Part shown: one piece after another, positions 25,101-38,224 of the stretch
How the letters are laid out: each line of letters begins with the position of its first letter
Numbering within the stretch: the stretch's first letter is position 1
NCBI RefSeq assembly: GCF_964355755.1
Contig: NC_092673.1
Span: forward strand, 1,798,001-1,862,000
DNA length: 64,000 bases
Origin: Antedon mediterranea
Lineage: Eukaryota > Animalia > Echinodermata
Reading direction: 5' to 3'
Position numbers and translations under genes: made by a program
Notes under the pieces: generated by a model
What the model was told of the DNA's origin: nothing
Database searches by the model: none
Seen by the model: only the letters and a program-made list of their open reading frames with translations

Positions 25101-28100
25101 TGTACTGCAGAAATTGGTTGAATACACTTCTCCATACCTGTTGGCATATGCATATTTTCTGTTTCTTCATCACTTATCGTAGTGGGTGAAGTAGTTGGCT
25201 CTAAGGAAAAATTAAACTATTTAAATATTTTAGCCTTATCGCATTTTTATCTCTTTGGTGCTAGGTTGTTGGAAGTATATTTTAGACATATGCTGTATGT
25301 AAAGGTTATAGCTTGTTAACAGAATTTTACAAAAACATCATCATTCAAATAAACAATGGATGTTTGTACCAATACTACAGTATATATCATATATTATATT
25401 AACATTATTTTAAGTAAGACTCATTTAAAAAACTCAAAATGACATGCAAACATAAATAAATTAACCTTGTTTTCTGTCTATGGTAATCCAAAAAAAAATT
25501 GATGATTCCCTGAAATTGTATAATTTTACTTCTAATTTTAATACTTGAACAATCTCTAAAAATGTATACAAATAGTTTAAGGAATAACAGTGATTATCAC
25601 AGGGTATTTTGATAATGGAATAGTCCAAATAGGTGATAACTAATTATGGTAATTAGCAGATGATTTGAATATTTGTGTAGACTGCGGAGTAGCGCAGAAA
25701 TTCTTTTTGTAGACAACCACGAGAGAGTGATGAGCGTTTAGTTCACCTCACCGTAGAACAATTAAATTAAGATCCGAGCATGAGTCAAAATGATACTGCA
25801 TTGTAAGTAGGATAATTATATTTATAAAAAGTGTTAGTTTAATATGTTATTGGGTGCCGTAAATGAATTGTATATTACGGTAATATTTGTCTGTGTTATA
25901 GTGCCGCTCGAGAGTAGAGAAGAGCTAAGAAGACCTAGACGTCATCATAAATCACCGAAGTAAATGATTACAGAGACGATGAAGTGAAACTATGGTTTTG
26001 CTATATAAGTGTACTGTACTGTCAATGTAAAAATGGAAATGGAGATAATTCACATAATATAAATTGTATCAATAGATATATATATATCTCAGATTACAAT
26101 TAAAAGATTCTGGATATTTATGATAGTGTTGTATATGTATATTATTCTTGTCTTGAATCCACCCCCACAACCCACCAAACCCACTGGCAATGTTGCTGTG
26201 ACAGTGGTACTGTAGAATTCATGATTTTTCTAAATCTTAAAGATGAAATTAAAGAGCTGACAAATCAAATTATTCAGAGATGAATTTGAGCAGTACAAGT
26301 AATTTCTGTACAATCTTCTTGCAACTCTAGGTGTACAGTACTTTACACTGGTGAATGTTTCTCCGGTTTAGCTCTACTGTAAACAACTTTTTTTATGTCC
26401 ATTGACAAGAAAACAGGGTTAAATAAAGGAGACACAAAAACACTTCAGGTTAGCATAACATTTAAAATTAATAATGTTACCTTTCACCATGCATAGTCGA
26501 TTGACATCATGCAAATCAACCTTTTCTGGAGTAGATGTTGACTTTTTTTTTTGTTCAGCATTTCTGTTAAATATTAAAATGAAACACATAAAGACAACCT
26601 TTTCCTGGAAATTGAAAAAGTTGCATTTTAAGTAATCAGTTTTATTGTTGATTGTAAAGCTTGTTTGTTAATCCTGGTTCAATGAACAATTTGAATGTAT
26701 GTTGAATGTTTTTGTGATTCAGTAATGCATGCTCTAATAAAGCTCCGTGGTTGGACCTGCCAAAAGTGTAAAATTACCAAAGACTACATAATGCCCTCAT
26801 GCTTATTTTACTAATATTCCAAAACATTCCATGCAATACAGATTCTTCAAATTTTCATTGAACTTCCTTTTGGAAGTTAAAATTGAAATCCAAGTGAGTT
26901 GATTTTATTATTTTCCAGTATTAGTATATTAGTATAAAAAATACAAATGGTTACCAATACAATATACTTTTAGGAGGAGTAACAGCTATAAAATGCATCA
27001 TTTCACTTACTCTAAATACTGGTTCATTCCATCGTTTTGGGATTCAGTCCTAGAAAAGAAGAATTTAAGTGAGACCTTGAGAGAAAAAATCAGCACATGT
27101 TTTGGGTGTGTTCACAGTTCATCTATGGATAGTTTATTATCAAAATTATAAAATTTAAAAGTATAAATAAATTACCTCAAACCTGGAAACTTGACCGGGT
27201 AGGCACAACCAGTAGTCTTCAATTCCCTGGGTTGGTCTATCCTGAAAGTAGTAATTTCACAACAGAAATAAAGCCTAATTAGAAAATATTTTCAGTAACC
27301 TAAATTAAAAAAAAAACATTTTGGGAGGCAGAATTTATAGTTGGGGTGGTAAATTATTTCTAAATGTGAGTCCAGATAATCTAATATTGTGTTGAAATGA
27401 GTTTTATGGGTAGGTACAGAAATTTATTTTGAGATCGTGTGTGTAAAGATTGAGAGACGAATTGACTACTTTGCAGTCCTACATGTTTTTGGTAATCAGC
27501 TTACATTTCAGGTGTTGCAATGTTTGTTTCACTCGGTTCAATGGATGCTGCTTCACTAGATTTTGCAGAATCTGCCAAACTATTTAAAACAAAATCAACA
27601 TTATAAATTGCTAATTTACCAACATGTAAATGTTATACAAATACATTTAACAAGATAATTATTTATAATAAGAAAAACTTGCATTTTGTTATTGTCGGTT
27701 GATGCATAACTGAACACTCCGGTGTCTGTAGAAACCACTCTGTAGCAAGAATAATAATAATGAAACAAAATTAATCAATTTGATTTACATAATTTTAAAA
27801 TGATGTCCAATGGTGGTACAGTAAAAATATTTCACTTTAAAGATGTATTGCACCCCAAAAAAAATACTTTAAATACGCCATTTTGCAGATTTAATAAAGT
27901 TACTCAGTTTTGTAGAGGGGAAGGGGGACAAGATATCTTTAACGTACAGTATATAAAATATACATTTTCACAAATGGTGGCTCAATGGGCCAAATTGCAT
28001 GTAATATCAATATCAAATACCACCCTGCTTTTCGAGAATTCAAATTCACAGTCCCTTTGGAGACTCATTTTCATGAGTAAACATTTTATAATTGAATATA

Positions 28101-29154
28101 ATAGGCCTGGATGTTACACATACATACAACATCAGCATTCCAAACTGGTCTAATATATTATTCATATACTATAATTTATAAGAATGTTCTTAACTTGTGT
28201 TTTCCATATTAGGTTATTTTTTAATATCTTACAGTTCTTCAGTCAATACACCACCACTGGCCTCATCATGGGAATGAGGAACCGGAAAACGTTCACTGAA
28301 GGAAAATAAAATATAAGTTTAGTTTTCAATTACAGTAAAAGCACACAAAAGATACATTGTTACGGTGCTATTAGAATTTGATGATTTATTCAAAAAGTTT
28401 AAGGACAACCATTTGTTTCAAATAAATTGTTCAATTCAACAGAATTGCAACAATAGAGACTTTATATGTTTTAATTACCTTTACATTACAACAATTAAAA
28501 TGAAAAACTTAGGTCTATACATGCAATCTCTTTGCATACTATCGGCCATTTTTAAAATTCAAAATGACGTCATAAACTTTGCTCTGTCTATCGAACCGAA
28601 TACGGTAAATCTTCTAATAGTACCCCACACTCTAATAGTAACCTCCCTCCTAATAGTAACCCACCCTAAAAAACAATCAAAGAATAACAACCCATGCTAA
28701 TATTTTGTATAAATTACCATTTTTTTTCATTCATTACTGTCTCCTTTTGTTTACCATCCTGTTGCATAGAGTCCCTAATGACAAAAGAACACCATGTTAC
28801 CATTATGGGAGAAATAAATTTACAATGTTATGAAAATAATTTACTGAAGCATTTTGAAAACAAACCTATTTAATACATTTTTAAATAAATAATGAACAAA
28901 CTTACAATCCTCTATCAGCCATTGAATCCTGACTGAAGACTCCAGAATCCACATTTCTGGAGATATGGGCATCTATCTGATCATCATCATCAGAAACCAC
29001 AACTGGTTTTTTCTCCTCACTGTAAAAAGAAAAATTCAGTAGTGCTATTTGTATATTAGTGCTTATAGTGTCTCTAATATTGAGCGTGTGACAGAAAACA
29101 TTTAATACCTTACCTGCTTGTGTTTATTGTTGACATCTTTATTTTATCAGTCAT
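22200..29154 (-). CDS. Uncharacterised RING-H2 E3 ligase with a long low-complexity micro-exon N-terminus containing DSGVFS/DTGVFS motifs (paralogue A, ~425 aa)
   Basis: Phase-consistent exons: 29114-29154, 28906-29019, 28718-28774, 28233-28295, 27683-27739 (GC donor), 27505-27579, 27176-27241, 27011-27049, 26481-26563, 25021-25200, 24843-24893, 24196-24246, 23954-24034, 23646-23716, 23419-23513, 22200-22347. The last exon encodes CTICFDELQPQLEDVRMLPCRHAFHFECIKRWLEKHIRCPNC (C3H2C3). Confidence 0.8.
22512..23057. mobile_element. Non-autonomous DNA transposon (Harbinger-like TIRs)
   Basis: tagagactttacgaaacacgacgg vs ccatcctgtttcataaagtcccta are imperfect inverted repeats. Confidence 0.65.
23895..24905. 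repeat. Intragenic tandem duplication of a two-exon block in paralogue A
   Basis: 23900-24255 is similar to 24520-24905 (taaaatggaaagatgttagaatt...ggttctaagga). Confidence 0.85.
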
Positions 29155-30865
29155 ACAGTAACTTAGCTGAAAGAATAGAAATACAGTACTATTGAGTCTA
29201 ATTGAGGTACTTCAATCCCTAGTTGTTAAAAAAACAGAGATCAATTTTTGAAAGCAGAATATGTTACTGTAGAAGATAGTTACTCTACAAGCATGGTTAA
29301 TGATCATTGTTGGTGCTATTTAACATTTTTAGCCATGAACCCTGCAAAAGGACAAGACAAATGTTGTGTTGGTTTACAGTGGGACATTCAAAAAGCATAA
29401 CAACTGGAATCTATGAATATAATAATATTGTACACAGTGGTAAAACTGCTTCAAATCAAAAGGTATCAGTTTACACTAATTGTGTCAACAGTCTGTTCTT
29501 TCCTCCTCCCACCCCAAGGCCCATGGCAAGAGGACATTTTTATTTTTGGTGAAATTGTGTTATATTATAAACTAGTGAGGTCAGTACATTTTCTATTGAC
29601 ACAAACATTGTTTTGCCTTTGTACAGTATGCTGTTTATTGTGTGTTGTTTGCATGGAAGTTACTATTTATTGACTATGGCAAAGGCCACAATGTTCAAAC
29701 ACTAACAGACCATGCCTATTCATCATTTCCAAGAAAATTGACAATATTAAAAAAATAAGGAATCTAAATTTAATAGATTATTGTGTGTTTTTGTGAGCGA
29801 TATTTTGACCTTGAAATTGACCCTGTGGAACATGCCTTATTTTTTAAGGAATGTACTGTACACCATCCAAGTTTCATCCAACACAAGAGTACAGTACACA
29901 AAAAACACACAATAATACTATATTTAGATTCCTTAAGATCTTCCTTTTACAAAAATACCTTGGTTTTCAAATTCGGACCTGTATTTCCAGAGACTCTAGC
30001 TCTTTGACAAATTTCGGAGAAAAAAAACCCGAAAAAATTGAAATTGAGATATTTTGAAAACCGCTAGTAGTCTGAAGTTAAAATTTGAAAGTTTTATTTT
30101 ATTAGCCACAAATTACCCATGCACCAAATGTCATGAAAATTGAAGGACGTAGTAGGGTTTAAAATTGCATTTGTTTGGGGGTGAACTGAGATTGAATGAC
30201 CCTTCAAGTGTAATTATTGTATTTTCATCAATAAAAAAATAATTCTTTTAAAATTAAAATGTATCATTTTATTGATGAAAATAGATTTAAACACTCTAAA
30301 TATTCTGTACACTTACTTACTTATTTACACTTTATACTGGTAAGACTTGGTTATAATTGATAAGGCTTGGTATAACAGTAATAATGAAATATATATTTTG
30401 TAAGGGTATAGACCTAGGCCTACAGACTGTTAATTCCTCAGACTGATGGAATGGACCGAATGGAACAATCCATTTAGTGGTCTGAGTTTTCTAATAGGCT
30501 AGGCCTAGAGTAGTATAGGCCTAAGATTGAAACTAGAAAAGAGATCTTGAAGTCGAGATCTTATGGAATTTTCCAGACATCATATAACTGTCTAGGAATC
30601 CACTGTCTAGGCCTAGCATAAATATATGAATCATAACATGTTTTTATTAAATCAGTGAGTTTTACCTTGCAAATCTCGTTCAGGTTTTACACACAAAGTG
30701 CACAAAAACAAAAACAGACAGCATGCATGTGACATGTGAATGCTCAATTTCAAGGGCGCCTCGCACGTCGAGTAAGAAAACGTAAAGTCATTCTATAGGA
30801 AATAGGCTATAACAGTAAAACATATGAATGTATAATTAACATATAAAATGTAATGTTATCTTTAT

Positions 30866-33800
30866 CTCTCTCTCTCTCGAAGTGCCATATCATGAGACTT
30901 TGGCGATCATGTTGTGCCACAATTCTCTGTCTATTGCCATATTCAGCAACTCCACTTCTTTGGTATTCTCGCCTCTATTCCGAATCCATTCAGCTATGCT
31001 GGCCAACCAAGTGACTCTTTTCCTCCCCCTGCTCCTTCTTCCTTCTATTTTCCCCGTTAATGCCAAGTTCTCCAGACCTCCCTTCCTCAACACATGTCCC
31101 ATGAATCTCATCTGTCTAATCCTAATACCCTTCAGTAGTTTCCTGCATACTCCAGCTCTTATCAATACATCTTCATTACTAACTCTATCTGTCCATGGAA
31201 TTCTCATCATTCTCCTTAGAAACCACATCTCACAGCTTTCCAATCTTTTTCTGAGGTCAGTTGTGATTGACCAGGCTTCACTTCCATACATCAGCACAGG
31301 ATAGATGTAGCAGTTTAATACACGCAACCTGGTTTCCATACTCATCGCACAGTTCTTCAAGATATTCTCCATTTCTCCAAATGCGGATTTCGCAAGGACT
31401 ATCCTTCTCTTTATCTCCGTTACACACCTGGCATCATCTGTTATTTTGCTCCCAAGATAGTTAAAAGAGGACACCTGCTGAATTAACTGGTCTCCTGCTT
31501 GAAGGTTACACGTTGGACTCTCCTTTTTGACACTACTAAACACTCTGTCTTACTACAATTTATAGACAGACCCATCTTTTCGCTCTCTACTACAACCACA
31601 TCCAGCAACCTTTGGAGATCTTCAGCTGACTCTGCCAGTAGAACTGTGTCATCTGCATATCTGATGTTTGTAATATTTCTACCACAAATTCTCAAACCCT
31701 TCTCATTATCTAGCTCCCTCAAGATCAACTCGCTATAGTAGTTAAACAAGTCCGGTGACATTACACAGCCCTGTCTCACTCCTCTTCCAATCCTTGTGTA
31801 GTCACTGCACTCCCCATCTACCCTCATGCATGCAGTCTGTTTCCAGTACAAATTTTGCAACAATCTAAGATCCTTTCCATGTAGGTCAAGCTTGCTAAGT
31901 TCTTGAAATAGCTGCTCATGCCTTACTTTGTCAAATGCCTTGGTGTAGTCTATGAAACACATGTATACATCTTTCTGCATCTCCACTGCCCTTTCAGTTA
32001 TCATTCTTATCACAAAGATGGCATTCCTGGTGCCTGAATCCTTTACAAAACCAAACTGCTCACTCCCAATCTCTGGTTTTAATCTGCTTCTTGCTCTCAT
32101 AAGTAGTATCCTCAGAATGATCTTGGTGACATGACTCATGAGGCTGATTGTACGATGTTTTTCACATTCTACAGCACCTGGTTTCTTCGGAAAAGGGCAA
32201 TAAAAATGGACTTACTCAAGTCCTCAGGGAAGCTTCCATCCTCGTATATCTTATTGATCACTTCAGTTAATTTTCCACTCCATACTCTTCTAATGCCTCA
32301 ATCATCTCGATGACTACACCATCCGGTCCTGCCGCCTTATTCTTCCTCAACCTCTTGATTGCTGTTCGTACTTCTGCTTTCAAGATCTTTGGTCTTTCTT
32401 CTGAGTCAGGAAAGCTTGGCATTGCTTGTCTAACATCAAAAAACAGCTCCCCGATATACTCTGTCCATCTTTTCAAAATATCAGTCTTTTCAACAAGCAT
32501 TGTTCCATCTTTTGCCTTAATGCATCCAGAGTTTGAGCAGCCAGACTTCCTTCCAGTGATCTCATTAAGTCTCTGATAAATCTTGTGGTTGTTGTTCTCT
32601 AGTCCACTCTCAATCTCCTCACACTGTGTGTTAAGCCACTTTTCTTTTGCCTCCCTGCACTTTTGCTTAATTTCTCTATCTAGATCTTTATATTCTTTAC
32701 TTGATCTACTACTAATCTTCTGTCTATCCCTCATCATTGATAGTATCTCTTCCGACACCCATTTGTTCTTCCTTCTTCTCTCTTTCTTAGGTAAGGATTC
32801 TTTGGCTGTCTCAACAAGGATGTCTCTCATTGCATCCCACGTAATCTCTTCACCTTCATCTACAAGGATGTCAAACTTATTCCTCACTTGAATGGAATAT
32901 TCCAAACGGATCTCCGGACTGTTTAGCTGCTCAAAGTCTAATTTCTGTACATTTTTGGCTTTCTTCACCTTTTTTAACTTTGATTGAAGTGTGCAAACCA
33001 CTGGAATGTGGTCACTTCCACAATCTGCCCCTGGATATGTTTTTGCATGAGTCACTGCCCTTTTCCACCTACTGTTTACTGCAATGTAGTCAATCTGATT
33101 CCTCGTCACATCACCAGGGCTCTTCCATGTGTATATTCGTCTGGGAGGCTCTTTAAACCATGTATTTGTTATGGTCATATCCTTAGCTTTACACCAGTTC
33201 ACCCATCTGTCGCCACGCGCATTTCTTTCACCCATCCCATGCTCTCCAACTGTGTTTCCATCTTGTTCCTGGCCAACCTTTGCATTCAGATCACCCATGA
33301 TGAAATTTATCTCATCTGATTTGCATTGGGATTTGGCCTGGTCTAAGGTCGCATAAAAGTTATCTATCTCTTCATCTGTGCAGTCAGCTGTAGGTGCATA
33401 AACCACTATGATAGAGATATTGAAGGGTTGTCCCTGCAGTTTGACCAGCATAACTCTTTCACTCACAGCCCAATAGCCCAGCATACATTTAGCCATATCA
33501 CCATCCAAAAGCAACCCTACACCTTTTTCATGTTTGTCTCCTCCAGCGTAAATCATCTTGTAATCATCAATCATAAATTCACCATTATTTGTCCAATGAG
33601 TTTCATTTATCCCTAATATATTGATATTGAGTCTTATCATTTCCTGCTTAACATTTTCAAGTTTGCCATCTTGATACAAGGTCCTCACATTCCACGTTCC
33701 TAGTCTGATTGTACTTCTATTGCGGACAGTAGCTTGATGACGGTCGAGCTCCACCTGTCGCACATGAGACACCCTACCGGGCGAGGAGCCTCCTTCATAC

Positions 33801-34237
33801 GATGGATGTACCCCCTTTACGCCGTTAGCTTTCATTCTTGAATTGTGACACTTCATAATTGTTCTTGGAAAAATGATAGTGAAGTGGTTTCCCGTTGCCT
33901 TCTTCACTGCAGTCTATCAGCCATAAATGGGATCACCATCTTGCCTGACAATGTGTACTGAGGTCTGCCGTTGTCCTAGAAATGGATCTTCCGCCGAGAC
34001 ACCCATACTGCATCACTGCTGCCTAATGCAGGGCATGGCTAGGCCTATTTAGAGGCGGCCTAAACTCGCCTCTACTGCAGAACGTATTTGGGGATATGCC
34101 GGTTTTATGACCCTGTTGGTGCCACCCAACAGCGCCCGACACCCTGCTGTTACTGCAGTCCTCCTTTAGTCGCCTCTTACGACACGCGGAGCTTTCGTGG
34201 GGGGTATTCTTTTATCAGAACCCTCCCCCAGGCCATT
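30866..34237 (-). mobile_element. Near full-length RTE-clade non-LTR retrotransposon (APE endonuclease + RT)
   Basis: APE motifs GTWNVRTL, MGDLNAKVG, NQIDYI, SDH; RT motifs FIDYTKAFD, GVRQGC, YADD; RTE C-terminus GKIEGRRSRGR. (GA)n tail, candidate TSD tctttat (30859-30865 / 34238-34244), three frameshifts. Confidence 0.95.
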
Positions 34238-34454
34238 TCTTTATAGAAATAGCAAATTAATCACATTTTTATGTTTTGGAATAACAATTTGTGTTTCAAT
34301 TGTCTGTAATTATTTAGGTACCAGACTATAGACTATCTACCCGTTATTTCTTTTATTTTAATGTTTTAATTTATTACAAATCGACTGGCATTTTTTTTAA
34401 TTATCTAGCCTACACTTAATTGTTTATCATTGGATAGAGATAGAGAAATTATTA

Positions 34455-34490
34455 CCTAGCTTTAGAAACACTTCTTCGTCAGAGTGAATA
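34455..34490 (-). mobile_element. Degenerate Penelope-type hammerhead remnant
   Basis: Minus strand reads CTGACGAAGAAGtgtTTC-TAAAGCTAG, with the expected GAAA changed to TAAA. Confidence 0.4.
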
Positions 34491-34864
34491 AATAAGTTCT
34501 CATGTAAGTAGGCCTAAGTTGTATTATGCCTTTAGATTTTTTTCAATAATGATTTTTAAATTAATAATCAGTTTATTTTTCTAAAAATGTTGAGGTAATA
34601 AAAGAGAATAGTAGGCATTTGTAATCAATCAATATTTATTATAATCAATAATATTATATAAATAGTCAATCGTCAGTGGGAACTGAAACTTTATTTCGCA
34701 AACTAATGCATAGCAAAAAAAGGTACACAAATATATATATGAGTAGTATAAAATGTAATATAAAATGTCAGAACAGCTGACATATAAATTTAGAAGTCAA
34801 AAGCAATTTATCCAACACAACAATCAAATTATTAGACATAGTAGGCCTAATAGGTAACATAAAA

Positions 34865-35500
34865 CTATGGTGGCAAACTGATAAAAGCTGCCCGAAAGAA
34901 AAATGATGACAAACATACTAGCACATATTGAAAACCAAGATTGTGTGGCAATAGAAGCTTCCTACCATGCTACATGTTATAAAAGTTACACAAGATTCAT
35001 GTCAAAATCACTTGTAGAAGATAAAACTGAGAAATTGTATGGTAAATCATTTCAGAGTTTTTGCGAAAACGTTATTGATGCCAAGATACTACAACAAAAA
35101 GAGATTTATCGCCTTACAAAACTAAAAAAAATGTTTTGACAGAACAGTTAAACAGATTGAAGGTCTTGATTCAACAACATACAAGACTTACAATTTGAAA
35201 CAGAGGTTGAAATGCATTTATCCTCAGCTAGTTGTGCTTTGTACAACCTCACAACCAACGTGAGAGTGAAATTGTATATGTTGCGAATTTGTCCACTGAA
35301 GCATTTTTAAAAGAGGCACAACATCTTAATGAATCATTAATGTTAGATTCTTCTAGCACAAGTTCGATTCCACAAATAATGAAGACTCTGATTTGCCAGA
35401 ATCATCCACACGACACATGAATGTTACAGATACGTTAAGTGATAGATATAGAATTGCTCTTGAAATGCGATCAGAAATATTATTATCTTTGGCTTGGCCT
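34865..35500 (+). mobile_element. Degenerate DNA-transposon protein fragment (Academ-like, tentative)
   Basis: DCVAIEASYHATCYKSYTR resembles the D-x-x-A-x-E-A-x-Y-H-x-x-C motif of large invertebrate transposases; frameshifted. Confidence 0.5.
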
Positions 35501-36295
35501 CCTACGTCTTTTCTTAATTTTTTAATACAAATAGGGGACCTATATTGTTGTTTATCGATGATGTAATCAGATGTAATCAGCATCACGCTATAGGCCTACT
35601 ATCTTTGATGATCAGCAAATCATGAACGAAGGCCAATCGGTGGTACGTACCACCTGTACCCACTCATGCTGTGCTCATGATCTCCACCATTACAGTCAAA
35701 AATTAAACGACAATCCGATAGACCATTAACCGATAATTATCCGGGATTTGGATGAGGTTCTCAAATACTATTATTAGATATTTTGATGTACTAACTAATG
35801 AGAAATGTATTGTTCGATCAATTCTTTATTTTAATTTATTTACTGAATAGCCTATTTATAGGGAGTTGTTAATTAGATTCTAATTAACAATTCCTTGATA
35901 ATGATATAACTTTTTTTTTTAAATAATAGAAAACATTTGTAAATGTAATGTGGCTCTAAAATTGAAATCCTAGATTTTATAAATGTTGTTAAGAAATATC
36001 TGTCAGCTATATGACAGGATTAATATTTCCCACAACGTTATACTGAAATTCCTTGACAGTCCAAGACACTATAGAGACTACGCTAATTTTACTAAATATA
36101 TTTTTAAGCATCCATCACGCATTTGAATTTTTGATTTGTTCAAGGACTAGAATAGACAAGTTACGTTTTTTCAATATCTATTTATCTTCCTCACTTTTTT
36201 ATTACAAAAATAAAAACATACTAATTAAGAAATTGTTGTAGTTCATTTTTTGTTAAAACGAGATTCTAATCTTCCAATGTTGTACAATTAACATT
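35500..36295. repeat. Diverged copy of 46395-46975, last part inverted
   Basis: Shared blocks such as aaattaaacgacaatccgata...gatgaggttctcaaatactattattagatattttgatgtactaactaatgaga; 36110-36292 is the reverse complement of 46785-46973. Confidence 0.85.
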
Positions 36296-36815
36296 ATTTG
36301 TATTAAATTAAATTATTTGTATATATTTTTAGATGTTCTAGATGCTTTTTGTTGAATATGAGTGATGTTTGTACCAGTTGATAAAATAATAACCTACAAA
36401 CAGAACATGTTTAATGTTGTGTTATTTAGTATATCATGCTTTTTTCATATCATATTTTTTTCAAATATATACCATATATTACCGAGTATAATCCCAATAT
36501 AGTATAATTCCACTGCGTCAAATTAATCATATTTTATCAATTAAATTCACGGAAAAATAATATCTTTTAACGTCTGTTAATTAACGTCTATTATACTTTC
36601 TAATACTATAGAGGGCCAAGTCTATTTTTATTTTGTATTTCGTTACAATTCAACAACGCTGAAAAGCCTAGGGTGCGACGATATGATGATATACTAAATA
36701 ACACAAAATTAAACATGTTCTGTTTGTAGGTTATTATTTTATCAACTGGTACAAAAATTACTCATCCAAAAATATATAGGCCTACAAATAATTTAATTTA
36801 ATAGTATACAAATAA
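36293..36815. repeat. ~140-bp inverted repeat pair (MITE-like or inversion scar)
   Basis: gtaccagttgataaaataataacctacaaacagaacatgtttaa is mirrored at ~36710-36752. Confidence 0.75.
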
Positions 36816-37414
36816 TTGTATTATACCGTATTATTCGAATAAACGCCCTGGTTTGAATAACTTCCCCTTAGAAAATTATTTTTAAATAAACATTTTTTCT
36901 CAATATACATAATTTTTAATTTACAAATACTATATACAATTTTAATTACAAACATACATAGTTTTATTCAAATAAAAAATTAACATTTAAAATAACCAAT
37001 TACCAGTATTCAGCTAAGGATGTTTTCAGTTACAATGGTTAATATCTTTACACCATTTCAGTAATTTTTATTGATTATTACAGTACTGCATTTGGACAAA
37101 TCATTAAAAAAATACTGTATCTAATAATTATGGTGCATTTTAGTTGCTTGTGTGTATTATTGCTCAAGCTTGGTCCTCTACTTGGTAGTGTTATTGTGGG
37201 ATTGGTCCTGGTTAAAATTGTATGATTTGTTTACGGTACTGATAACTATTTATTAAGTACATTGTAATGGTATTTCTTATTTCATATCCCTAGGGAGTCA
37301 TCACCCCTAACAGTTTATTCGGCAAGGTGTTTATTTTTCGGGGTGTAATATGGCAACATGAATAATCAAATACATATCATCTAGATATAATAATATTAAT
37401 AACTGGTACTGGTA

Positions 37415-37590
37415 TAGTGCATTATGCTGAAAGCCTCAATGCGCTTTACATAGACAGAAAAATTTAGAAAATTAAAAAGGTGGGTTTTGAGGAGAGATTT
37501 GAAGACCTTGGTGGAAGTTGCCTGACGGATTTCAAAAGGCAACGCATTCCATAGAGAAACAGATGCGGAAGAAAAAGATACAACACAATT
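37415..37590 (-). mobile_element. L2/CR1-group LINE 3' end
   Basis: SFSSASVSLWNALPFEIRQATSTKVFKSLLKTHLF followed by a gcgcattgag tail hairpin. Confidence 0.75.
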
Positions 37591-37879
37591 AGTATCGAGA
37601 AGTGATAAAATACAGTAAAAAACTTATCTCACACTAAAAACCAGACCAGTTTTGAGAGTTATCAATACAATTTGTGATTTTATGTTCCTAATTAATTTCT
37701 TATTTTACGTAATACTAAATATGTTTAATTTGTGACATTACAATGCATTACATATGTAACATGGATTTTGTGTTTAACGTTATTATACAAGGTAATCATT
37801 TAACAAGATTGTAATTAAACTACACCTTTTTAATAGCTATACAGGTGTGCAAATTAAAAAACTAAGTACCATTTTAAGT

Positions 37880-38200
37880 ACCGTTGCCTTTTGTAAAGTG
37901 CCTAACAAAAATTAATTTTCTCTAAAGCATTACAACCACAAGGCTTAAACTAGGTAGAAATTACATCATATCATATGTTATGCGAAAGAGATGGGTTTTT
38001 AGCAATTGTTTGAAGATGTCAATATAATTGGCATCCTTGATTGATTGTGGAAGAGTATTCCATAAGGATGGAACTGTGCAAGAGAATGACCAGTCAGCAA
38101 ATGTATGTCTGCATGTTCTTGGTTGGATGGAATAGTCGAGGCGAAGGTATAGATGAATGACGAAGATTTCTGCGAGTGTTCTGGAATGAGACGAGCGATG
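37880..38200 (-). mobile_element. L2/CR1-group LINE 3' end
   Basis: PRTCRHTFADWSFSCTVPSLWNTLPQSIKDANYIDIFKQLLKTHLF. Confidence 0.75.
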
Positions 38201-38224
38201 AAAGATATTTCTTTCCTTAGGATG

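Noticed and set aside
30882-33616. Multiple plus-strand ORFs
   Set aside because: Antisense to the RTE ORF.
34150-34237. Canonical HDV-like or hammerhead ribozyme at the RTE 5' end
   Set aside because: No P1 partner for the 5' segment, and CTGATAA lacks the hammerhead G8; kept only as an unclassified structure.
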